NCBI GenBank assembly: GCA_038496445.1
Contig: JALMLS010000155.1
Span: forward strand, 158,064-222,063
DNA: 64,000 bases
Origin: Trichosphaerium sp. ATCC 40318
Lineage: Eukaryota > Protista > Tubulinea
Direction: 5' to 3'
Below the pieces are notes generated by a model that searched no databases, was not told the DNA's origin, and saw only the letters and a list, made by a program, of their open reading frames with translations. A program made the position numbers and the translations under genes. Shown here in pieces: positions 1-11,300 of the stretch. How positions within the stretch are numbered: position 1 is the stretch's first letter; the number at the start of each line of letters is the position of its first letter.

Positions 1-1812
1 ATCAAATCATCATCTTTGCAGTACTTGAGAGTCTTCATGTCGTAACCATGTTCTTCAAACTTATCATAGTAATCTTTTATAAACGTTAGCAAAACAGCGA
101 AGTTGAGAATGTTGACAAAAATTCAAGTAAACCCTTACGTTCGTAACCGAAGGACTTTAGCCAGGTAAGTACTGGATCAGTATTGAATCCATTGTCATTT
201 ATTCCCGGCTCGTCTTCAGTCACAATTCCTTCAGTTGGACCTACAGCCGCTTCTGCTTTCTCTTTAATGCGTGTGTATGTTAACCATTTTTCTCTGCCTC
301 GTGCATGGAACACCAGAGTTGCAATAACCACACAAAGGAATATAATGGCGATCACAAAGCCAAAGATAATTCCACTAATACCAACGAGGTAAGATTAATT
401 GCACATGAGTGCCAAAAAAAAAGAAAATTGCAACAAGAAAAAGAAGCAATAGAGCCTTACAGTTCTCTGCCATGCATTGGCCCTTTAAACCCTTGTGGGT
501 CATTTGTTGGCGCAAACTAATACACATGAGTTTGATTTTATTGAGGAACGTACTGTAGGTGCTACAGGTGGAGTAGGTGCCGCCTAAAAAATAAGCATTA
601 ATTTCTTCTTTGTAAATTGTGAAAGAAAAACTTCGTACTGTGGTTGGCGGATTGGTTGGTGCAATAGTTGTAGGTGCAGCTGTTGTTGGTTGCACGGTTG
701 GTGAGTCTACTGGTGCATCAGCAGGCGCTTCAGAAGGTGCTTCAGAAGGTTCTTCAGAAGGCGCATCGGAAGGTGCTTCAGAAGGTGCATCAGAAGGCGC
801 CTCAGAAGGTACGCTCCCTCCTGGACAAGCAACACCAGATGATAAGTACATATGAAAAATGTCGTCTCCATTGGCTTGAGTGAAATTCACTGTAACGTCA
901 CTGGTAGGCGCTATTTTTTTAGATTAAACGGAGCTTAGTAGTGTTTGAGACGTTGACTACTTACCTCCTTGATCGCACATTATCCATACCTCTGTCATAC
1001 GCACACCAGCGTCTGGGATAGGTTGTCCACCTCCTAAATGACGTCTTTTAATTTTGCGAATAGTAATTGTTTTGCACAAAAAGATACGCACTGTATTGAA
1101 GGTGTACTCCTTCTCCATTGTCCAGGCCCTAGTGTGTTTATTATGATCGGTGTAATTAGCACTTTTTTTGCAAACGCACAATGACTTTCGAATCAGGTGA
1201 GTCTGCAAAACCAAGGGAAGCCTAATAAACGTCAAGAATTATTCACAAGGTATAGCTCGTATACCTCACTGTCACGACTACCAAAGGCACCCTTTCAATA
1301 GGAGTTATAAGACGATAAAAAATAATGTACTAAAAACTGTACCCAAGATTGACAGCTACTACCTGAGGAATGTAAGTTTGCGTATGGTGGGTTGTTTGGA
1401 AAATTCCAGTTGCTATTTCAAATCTCAAAAGAAAAGCAAAACTCTTTTTAATCGAAAACAAATACGTACTGAAGTCTTCTGAGCCGCAGTGTACTTGATC
1501 AATATCCTTGCAGATGTATTAATGTACAATATAGCGCTGTGTTTGTACAAATTAGCGTACCGCACATATTGTGAGCTTGAAATCGTAATTGCCTTGTCCT
1601 ATTGGCACTTGTTTTACTTCTAGTGTTTGCGCTACATTTTTTTTTTAATAATAATTACTAACGGATGTATTACATGTTAGAGACGCCAGATTATACGTCG
1701 ATTGGTCACTAGCAACAATATTGGAACAATCCATCGCCCTTTTCACCTGTTGGCCATTAACGCAAGAAATGACACCTAGCAAACATAGCAAGATGCACAG
1801 TCGTAGTGACAT
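1..1812 (-). CDS. Type I membrane protein: signal peptide, MRH (M6P-receptor/ATG27-like) domain, PSEA/PT-rich stalk, one TM helix, cytosolic SAM-like domain; 3' end runs off the window
   Basis: Spliced reading gives MSLRLCILLCLLGVISC (signal), YNLASLT...YDFKLTIC and RMTEVWIMCD...FHMYLSSGVAC (MRH-like), GIIFGFVIAIIFLCVVIATLVF (TM), and VLTWLKSFGY...DKFEEHGYDDMKTLKYCKDDDL (SAM-like). Confidence 0.65.
718..810 (-). repeat. Coding tandem repeat, 12-nt unit encoding PS(E/D)A
   Basis: TCAGAAGG recurs with 12-nt spacing; protein reads PSEAPSDAPSEAPSDAPSEEPSEAPSEA. Confidence 0.9.
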
Positions 1813-1925
1813 ATCAGACACTTACATTAATATTCAAGCAGCAAATGTGCGAAGTAAAGTTAGGGACAATACCACGCATGACAGACACGTATTCAAAGAA
1901 CGACCTTGTCCATAAACACAGTACC

Positions 1926-2792
1926 ATGTCTGACATTCAATTCTTGGCCTGTGAAAATTTTAGAGATACTGGTAAGGCGCTTGATAGCCTTGGTCAAGAT
2001 GCTCGGTGTAAAGGCTTAAAACTCCCTCACGGGCGTATAGTACGCGGTGGAAAGATAGGTATGACTTGTTAGGCGATTTTATGCTCGTTTTTAAAAATAC
2101 AACAGCTTAATACGTTACGTACCTAGATCTATGCGGTGCAAAGGATATAGGACTACCTAATACTGTTTTTAATCTAAAACTTGGACCTGATGATCCAAAC
2201 GCCGAAATATTCGCTAAACACAAGGCTACAGGGATCCAAGAAGCAATAGCAAATAGTATAGACAAGTACAATGTACGTCCTGAAGCGAATTAGCTCGTAT
2301 TATTCAGCGAAAAAAACAAATCAAGCTTACCAATCTCAGACAAAAGACAAAGATGTCAGAGAATGGATAACAAGAACTCTACAAAAAGTAATAGAAGTAC
2401 CACAAGATCGTTACCCTATAATGTTCCATTGTGCAGCCGGAAAGTAAGTAATCACGTGACCACATCGAAAGCTTATAGTCGCTGTCCTAAAAAACCCAAG
2501 TTGAAAAAAAAGTTATTTCTTACTGATTGTTTGTGAAAGAGATCGCACCGGCATAATAGTTGCTGTCATCCTTTTGATCATTGGTTTCCCACTTGATATT
2601 GTATTGGAAGAGTTTAGACTTAGCAAGGGAGAGTTCCATGGAGATATTGAAGCCGCATTAGCTCCTATTCATCCAAACCCGCGGAGTTACCTCAGGAATA
2701 AGGTAAACACAAAGAAAAGCACATCCTTTATCTTAACGTTATGTTTCCAGGTGAACACTGGTCTACTAAAAAAGAATGTTCTTGGTCTTTGA
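1926..2792 (+). CDS. Cys-dependent tyrosine/lipid phosphatase of the PtpB/IphP (Y_phosphatase3) type, 4 introns
   Basis: N-terminal NFRD motif; spliced active-site loop IMFHCAAGK|DRTG. Confidence 0.85.
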
Positions 2793-3067
2793 AAATACTA
2801 GCGTACGACTAAAGAGACGAATCCACCACGTGATGATCACCGTAAAATTGTTGTGTCAAAAAACCAAAAAAAAAAAAATAAAAAAAAGCCTTAAAAGTGA
2901 CGCCATAAGTAAATTACAAAAACAACAATATCGGAGTTGTTACATAGGCACCACTGGCTCGGTGATAATACTTTTATCCATTCATATACAGTGGTGACGC
3001 CTAACTTGGTTATATTTTCAAAACAACAACCTCATCATTGAAGGCCTATTTTAGCGCCTCTAACGCA

Positions 3068-5606
3068 ATGGGGATTTGCTCCTCATCTATGGATAGCGAT
3101 TCCAGGCTAGAGAGTAGAAAAATAGACAGAAAACTAGCAAGACAACGTAGACAGATGCAAGATGTGGTGACCTTACTACTTCTCGGTACATTTTAAAAAA
3201 AAAACGTGATTACCCCTTTTTTTGTGTTATAGTAACAACCTTCCTTTCATAATAGGTACTGGTGGTTCTGGTAAGAGTACTGTTGCAAAACAACTGCATT
3301 TAATCTTCGCTGGGGACTTTTCAAAAGATGAGCAAAATGATTTCTTGAGGATTATACATCACAACATTATATACCTTATGAGAATGCTTGTGAAAGAACT
3401 AGAGCGTGATAATGTAAATTTACCACATAACCTAACAGTACGTACCTTAAACATATTATTCCTCTGTCAACACATCAACCTCCGGCGTTCGCACGGTATC
3501 TATTTTTGTTCGAATCATTCACCTGTCACAAACCACACCCAACTCACAATTCATATTTTCGCGCTGTGGGTATTCAGGTGTTTATTTAAAGCGTCAATAC
3601 TCCTTTTGGACGGATTGAAAATGAACAAAAATACAAAAATAATAATATGTTGCTACAGGACGACCAAAAACTTATAAGCGAATTATCTCTGCGTAGCCCT
3701 TTAACAGCAGAAGTTGCTGACGCAATAGATCGCTTATGGAATACATTACAAGTTCAAGAAGTATTTTACGCAAAATCTTCTTTTGTGGGTCACAGGGAGG
3801 CGTGGGAATAGTACGTTATTAAGTTTATTCGAAAAAACCATTGAAGATTTTTCATTTTTCCAAATATCACCATAAATATCACGTGATTATATTTAATTGT
3901 ATTTTAACCTTTTACTAAGCTTGAGACCTCAATTGAAGACATATGCATGCAAGGATTACAAAGTAACAAAAGAAGATATATTACGAGCTAGGTACCGTTC
4001 AGTTTTTGTTTATTGAATAAGTGTGCTTTTTTGAACTACCAATCCAGATTTTTTGCTTCTGTCGTAATCTGACGTTGTTAGACATCGAACAACCGGTGTA
4101 AGAGAAACTAGTTTTTGTTTGGACGACCTGTTGTTTAATATAGTTGATGTTGGAGGGCAAAAAAGTGAAAGAAGGTAAATAGTTTATTTCATAATAGGAA
4201 GAAAGTTAAAGCACTTCCGAAAAGCCCATGTTCGCTATTTTTAACGTTATTACGATAGAAAATGGTTACATTGCTTTACTGATATCACGTGCTGTATATT
4301 CTGTGTAGGAACGAGCGACTGTATCCGCCCAAATGCGTAAAAAAAAACATTTAATGTTTACATTTGGCCAACCTTTTTTTTTTTGCTTGGCTGAGCATTC
4401 TATTTTAACATCTATCCTTGACACACTAAAGATGATTTAATGTGCGAAGAAATAGCTTCTGTCAATGCCATACATGATTCGCTTAAAGTATTCGGAGATG
4501 TAGTAAACGATAAACTGCTAATAGATAAGCCTTTAATAGTGTTTTATAACAAAGATGATATATTAAGGAAAAAAGTTCAAAAAGTCCCACTGACTGTCTG
4601 CTTTTCGGATTACAAAGGTTCGTAAAACATTGTGTTTTTATGTGTGCAAACATACATAGCTTCCCAATTTGATAGATGGGAGGTTGTTCCTTAAAAAAAA
4701 ACAACTGTCAAAAAAACTCGACCGCTACGCACCAAATACGCGTAGACGCGAAACTAGTTTTTCTGATTTTTTGATTTTCTGATACTCTAAACCGAGTGTT
4801 GTCGTTTTGTACTGCTTTTTTCTCCCCGATAAATTGCGGCTTTACGACGAGAAAAAAGTTCCTTTTTTGGTGCAAAGTTGACAAGTCGCATTGTCGCTCT
4901 ACGCCTGTTCGATTTTCAAAAAGTTTTTTTTCGTTTTTTGCGTTTTGTTTCGCTCAAAACTCTTTTCTGATACTCCCAATGCATATAATAACGCCATTAT
5001 ATTATTTACAGCGTATGCGTACACTTTTAGATGATTACATCCGCTACTAATTTTGCATTCCTCCTTTTCTTCTCAAAAAAAAACCGACGCTACGCCTATT
5101 TCGGAACTTGATTTACTTCGCCGTCATATAGCCTCGGTGTCATTTTTCTTTTCTCATAAAACTCCATTAAAAAATTACTACCCAGTTCCCTTTTGTGCAA
5201 TGCGAACATTACACGTGCAATTTTTTTGTTCAGAAAAAAGAGTCAATATGTCGCGCACAACCAAACTACTACCCTTTGCAAGTTCAATCTCACAGGAAAA
5301 TTTTAAAAGGCCGCAAAGTATTTTTGAATTTTTTTTATTAATTTCTCCAATATTATTCGTTGTAGCCATCCTCGCTCCTAGTAACTTACGTGTGACTATC
5401 TAGGACAACAAACATACGATGATGTGCTTTCATATATAAAAGCTAAATACGCGGAGAGGATCCGTTCCGCTGCCAGGAAGAAGAACATTTACGAGCATGC
5501 GACATGTGCGATAGATGCTGATAATGTGAAGCTAGTATTCGCAGTTGTGAGGAAGCAAGTATTGTCGGCGGTTCTTCAGGATGTTGGACTATCGTTCACT
5601 GTATAA
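3068..5606 (+). CDS. Heterotrimeric G-protein alpha subunit, 7 introns
   Basis: MGICSS acylation motif, LLLGTGGSGKST, RHRTTG, DVGGQKSERRKW, NKDD, TCAID. Confidence 0.95.
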
Positions 5607-5750
5607 AACAGTTTAAACAATAATGTACATTAAAAACCATCTAGAATGATTAGCAAGAGAGCTATGAATTGTAAAACGCATTTCCTTTTTAGTCTCCTTT
5701 AAACACAAGTCCATAATTAGGAGCAAAAGTGTCGGTTATTAGTCCATTCT

Positions 5751-7966
5751 TTACCTATAAATTGCAGACGTCTTAGGATACACGTAGAGTGTACGTTCCA
5801 CTACATTCCATGAGGTAGTGGAAAAATAGGAAAGAAATCTGCAACTGTTGCGGAGGATACCTTGAAAATAAAATGAGATCAATTTAAAATGGTGTATAGA
5901 TACTAAGAGCGTTGGGGGGTTTTGTGGGTATTCAAATTGAATTCCTCCGCGTGTGTGAACGGATGAGGGAACCACGTGGAATAAAAAAAGAAAAATAATT
6001 TTAAAGGGAACAGGCGGAACATGGCTATTCGCGTAGAGCAAGTGCGCCTTGCTTTACATGAACCTTTAACTACTCGCATTTTTAACATACCTTTTTCTTT
6101 ACAATTTTTCGTTGATACCTTCGGAGTAGCGTGATTTTCTGTAGTTGTTCCATGCATATCCCTTTTCGTCACTGAAGGCGACTACCGTCAAAAAACAACA
6201 ATCTTGCTGAGAGAGCTTAATTTGGTCTTCATAGCTTTTCATCTACGTGTCAGATAATACGTTTCTTTTCCTCCGTGAAACAAGTCACGCTGCATTTACA
6301 CGTGTAATAGTGAAATAGAACATGTAAATATTATGTTACGCAACGTTTGGGGCAAATCTATTCCCGGCAGACTAAAATCAGTGACATGCTCAATACAAAA
6401 AACTTCATTGCATGAATGCCTTATTGCACGCTATATGAATCTAAAGGATCATAATGCTATTTAGCTTTTGGACCGATGAAATAATGCCATTTGTACCGAA
6501 AAAGTGTACCCAATAACTGCATGAACGTTTCTCAACGTAAAACAATTTGTTTAACAGTCTGTGTAGTTGAGGTTGTGTTCGAAGTCTTTTCCTCTAATCT
6601 TAGGCACATCAATGACATACAGAACCTTTGCGTTCGTACAATAAAGGTGGTATTTGAGAACGATAACAGGGCGAAAAAAGCAGTTTGGTCGAAATAAGTA
6701 GACGTGTATGACAGAAAAAAGTCTGTATGTTATATTGTCTCTAGATGATTACAGAAGCTTCAAATAGAGTTTTGAAACACGTACTTCGTCATTATTTTCT
6801 GTAAAAGGAAGTTTTACCAACCTGCGTAGTATGCAGAAAAACTTCACAAGTTACACCTGCGTACGCATCTAGACGCGTGTAAACAATGTTTATTCCTTTT
6901 CGGTAAAGGATTGAAGAGAAAAAAGAATCTTTAATGGCATACGTCTGTACACTCTTTTTTTTGATGTTTTTCTCCGTTTACCTTACAAACCAGCTATAGA
7001 CTTCCCTGCTTTCTATTTTTGGAATAGAACTGTATTTGATGTTTTGAAATGTCGTTTCAAAGGGTAGCCAAAACCATATTAAAAGAAGGAGGCCATAAGC
7101 GCCGTCACACTGTGTTATATGTAACCGTAAGGTCTTTGAACAAATAGAGTTTTTAAAGTGATTTTCTTTTATTACATTTATAGTACAAGCTGTGGGTGTT
7201 TCTTGTTCTTCTTCTCTTTCCTCTCGTTTTTTTTGTTACAGGTGAGGAACATGAAGAAAAAAAAAATGAACGGTGGAAGTGGAAGCTTTTCTTTTTTTTG
7301 TTCTCTTCTTAGGTTTCGCAAATCGAAGTAATTCAATTCATAACATAGTCTACACGCATTCGTGAATCTCGACTAACAGTTTCTAAGTGAAATGATTAGC
7401 TTCTAGCTCGGTTTTTTTCCAACGAATAAAAAAAAACATTTTCTCCGTTACGTACTCGTTTGTCTGTAGTTCATCATGTGTGATGTAACACAACTAGATG
7501 TTGTGGGTATGCTAAGCCATGTATTGCGAATAAAGTCTCCGCCCATTCCTTCAGTGCCAAGTATGTTTTCAAGTGCAAGGGAGGCTTCTTCTTCCTCCTT
7601 AGATGCACCTGGGCGGAATCTCCATACGGCGTATAGTGGTCTGTTATCAGCTAGGCAGAGTGACATGTTGCTTTGTGGTTGTGAGTTGTGATTAATGGTT
7701 TCAAAAGCGGTTGAATTATTTTTTTATGAAATTTCGCTCCATTTTTGCACTTTTCCGCTTAAAACGGTTGTATTCGAAAGATACGCCCATAGGAATAATA
7801 TACACGTAAGAATATATAACATTTTCGGACCAGTGGCTGTTCCTGGAGACAGACTTCTATTTATTGCAACTTCTCACAAGAACTAGCGCAGTCGCACATA
7901 ATTGTTTTTAGAACGCTGATTGCGCCATAGTCAGGCGAAACGACATTGCTATCGTTTGTATCCATA
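5751..7966 (-). CDS. Probable multi-exon hypothetical gene or genes; structure unresolved
   Basis: Exon-like ORF 7448-7666 bounded by splice sites, hydrophobic MLYILTCILFLWA upstream, several minus-strand GT..AG introns; a full frame could not be assembled. Confidence 0.3.
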
Positions 7967-8390
7967 TTTGGATTCAAATCTGTTATTATGTTGTTAACCA
8001 ACCCATTTTTTTGAGATTAAACAATATACATACTATATAAACAACTCTTGGTTTACCCTACTGAAAACTCATTACATTTTTTTTGAGGTGAGTTCGTTTT
8101 CTGAATTCGTAAACAAAAAGTCCAAGTAAAAATGAGGCCACAATTAATTGTTAACAATGTCTATGTGTGGTTCATATACCACTCAGATTTTCTGTTTTCT
8201 TTATTTACGTTGCATACAAGCGATACGTAGTGCACTTTTTTACGGTCGTTATTTTTTTTTTTGTGGAGTGTATTAGGTTGTCTATGTACAAGGGGAGTTT
8301 TACAAGCGCTGCATTTTGGCAGCGATTCGAGTCAAAAAGCTCGTAGTTCTGAAAAAAGGTCGTTTTTGCGTCCGTGGCTTTCTCCGTTCT

Positions 8391-11300
8391 CTACGATTCT
8401 TCCGACTTTACAAAGCGTGCTAGCGTATTAAACGGTACAATGAGAAGGTCATATGTACCGTCTAAACGAACAATAGCTTCCGTTTGGTCAATACCCATAA
8501 GTCTAAAGGAGAATTTGTTTAGAAAAGGCGAATCCAATGAAAAAAAGAAAGAGTAGTTCGGTTAAAGCCAAAAAAAAAACACATACCTTCCAATAGCTCC
8601 TCTGTCGTTACCTGATACAACGACAACAAAACTCTTGTTTTTAGGTACAGTCTTATCGAGTATTGTTGTAGGTACTTGTACTTCCTCACCCTTTAACAAA
8701 GACAAGTAAGCGCTATGAACGACCGAGAAAAAGAGGGAAAAAAAAGATGTTCAAGTTGGTTCACTTTAGTACAAAAATAGAAGTCAAAAAAAACAGAAAA
8801 TAGGTCGCAGACCAAATGGCAGGGAAAAACGGGTACATGTACATACGTCAAAATTAACCAAACAAGTATCACCGTCTACTTGTGAGATCACGCCGGTTGA
8901 ATTTGCGAACTTTCCACCTGCAAAGTCGTTATCCGTTATCTTGACTTCTATATTCGGTAAAACCCACGAAGCATTGCCTAGAAAATGCGTTAGAAGAAAC
9001 AGGAAACAGAAGGGAAAAAAAAAAATCGGAGGGAAAGTTCCTCCCGTGAAACTTGTTGCAAATTTAGCACGTAGCTACGCTACTGGCGCTTGTAAATACG
9101 CAAGCATAAACTCACGACGGAGAAATAGCTTTTTCGATCTACTCGAGAAAAGGCGTAAAAACGTACTTGGTGCAGCAGGTTCTATTGTGTATGCGCCTGG
9201 AGTGCTTGGTGGCATCATGCCAGGAGTGCCGGGTGTGGCAGGAACACCTTAAGAAATAAATTATTAATTTCCAATAACGTCCTTAATTCGTACCTGGTGT
9301 GCCAGGTGTCTGTGGCATCATCATACCAGGCGTGCCAGGTGTGCTAGGTATGCCCATAGGTGTTGTTGGGACCATACTGTGCATGCCGGGTGTACTTGGC
9401 ATTCCAGGAGTTTGTGGCGCTCCGAAAGGAGTTGGAGGTGCGCCAGGCGTGCTTGGAGGCATCATACCAGGAGTACCAGGTGTTCGCGGTGGTAGAGAAA
9501 CCATGCCGGGTGTACCAGGTGTTTGAGGTATACCTGGCGTAGAAGGGATACCAACAGGTGTGGTTGGATTGTATGACATATCTACACCAACACCAGGCGT
9601 AGCCGGTTCGCGTATAGTACCTACATGTTACATTAATCAAAGTTGAGAAAAAATTTTCGAAAAACTAAGAAAGCAAAAAAAAAAGAACAAGTATTCAAGT
9701 CTCCTGTTCAAACTGATTTTGAACCCCCGCAGGTTCCTTTCCATTGTGTAAGCGCGCGTGTAATGAGTGCCACAGAGATTTTAAATGATTTAGAGAGAAA
9801 AAGAGAACTGGACCCGTATTTTGTTTGGCCCGCGGTTTTTTTTTGATTCACCAAATTGTACTAACCAGTCTTTTTCAACCACTTTTTGCCATTTTGTTCA
9901 ATTTCAGCCATTTCTTTCATCAAAAACTTTAATTTTTTTCGCGAGTGGTGAAATTCTTCACCCTCCAAATCTCTGCTTAGAAACAAGCGTAGGTCCTCGC
10001 GCCACGTGGAAATCTGCTCGAACGTTGTACCAACGTCGTACCAGCTCGCGATTGACAGTTTGTATGGATTTTTGCATTTACGCGTATAACTCACTCCAAA
10101 AACGTTCCTTTTTCGTTTACGTGAGGACATGTTGTTGTCGTTACAAGGTAGGCCAACTTTTGCTAACAAGTACCTTTTTTGAAAGCGTTATCACTTCTGA
10201 CTTAAAATACTTGTTGTAAGTTCACACTTGTAAATTTCTCCGAGTTACGCTCAACTGACCACTTAGGGCTTCTTTTTCTTACACTTCGTAACGTTTTTAC
10301 AAAAAAAAAAACTAACCACAAAAAAAAAAAATTGGTGAAATTGAGACTTGGCCACTAACAGAAAACACAAAGTTTTGGTTCACGCGTGTTGTTACCAAAC
10401 TCACTACTACTGCGGGGGGGAATAACAAAAATACCGACTAAGATAATAAATTTGCGTACCTGGTGTCGTAGGAGGATACAAATAAGGATCTCCAGGCGTA
10501 GCAGGGGGTTGCTTTGTGTACAGTTAGACAAAACAAAAGAAAAAAAGTTTGCTTGGCATGTTGAATTCGTAAAATCAAACAATACGAACGAAAAGCAAAA
10601 AAGAAATGTAGCTTGGGCGTTTTGCAGTAGGAGTTAAATCACTCATATGTGCACTGCTCAGAGAAAAAAAAAAACTCAAGAAAGTGAGGTGTACGCACAT
10701 CATTATCACCTCTAGACAGTGGATATTGATTGCTTCCGTATGCGTTTGATCCAGGTGTTTCTGGTGACCGATCATCATTCCAAGACTTGGAGTGTCGTTA
10801 GTAAAATAGGAAGGGTGCTTCTCGAAAAAGCCGAATTATTGCTGAAGGAAGAAAATTGTCGTACTCTGTCAGACATTGGGTTAGGTGTAGGCGTCTCTGA
10901 GCGCAAAGGCGTCGCGGTAGGATTCCACACATCCCTACTTGGCGTAGATGGCGTGTGATGAACCATAGGCGTAGAAGGTCGCATTGGAGTAGCAGGAACG
11001 TTACGTCGGACTGGTGACACATCTCTATTATCTCTTCCGCTAGAACTACTTTTGCTAGCGCTTCCAGAACCGTTAATTTCTGTAACAAACCCAATTTTGA
11101 CGGGAACAGTTTTGCAATTCGCGTGTAATTCGACTCTGGCTGTGGTATCATTACAGTTCTTTACAATACCTATGTATCCGCGCCAACGACCCTTACTGTA
11201 CACGTATTAGTGACAAAACGTTCCCACATTTTAGTTCGTTATGCGTACTTTATCTTTACAGTTTGATGACGAAGTGGATGATCTCTAAGCGTCCTGGCGC

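Noticed and set aside
5178-5369. 63-aa antisense ORF in the long G-alpha intron
   Set aside because: Short, no motif, expected by chance.
7672-7785. Possible sixth U12-type intron with donor GTATCTTT
   Set aside because: No CCTTRAC-like branch site near the AG, and an alternative in-phase GT donor exists in an unresolved gene model.
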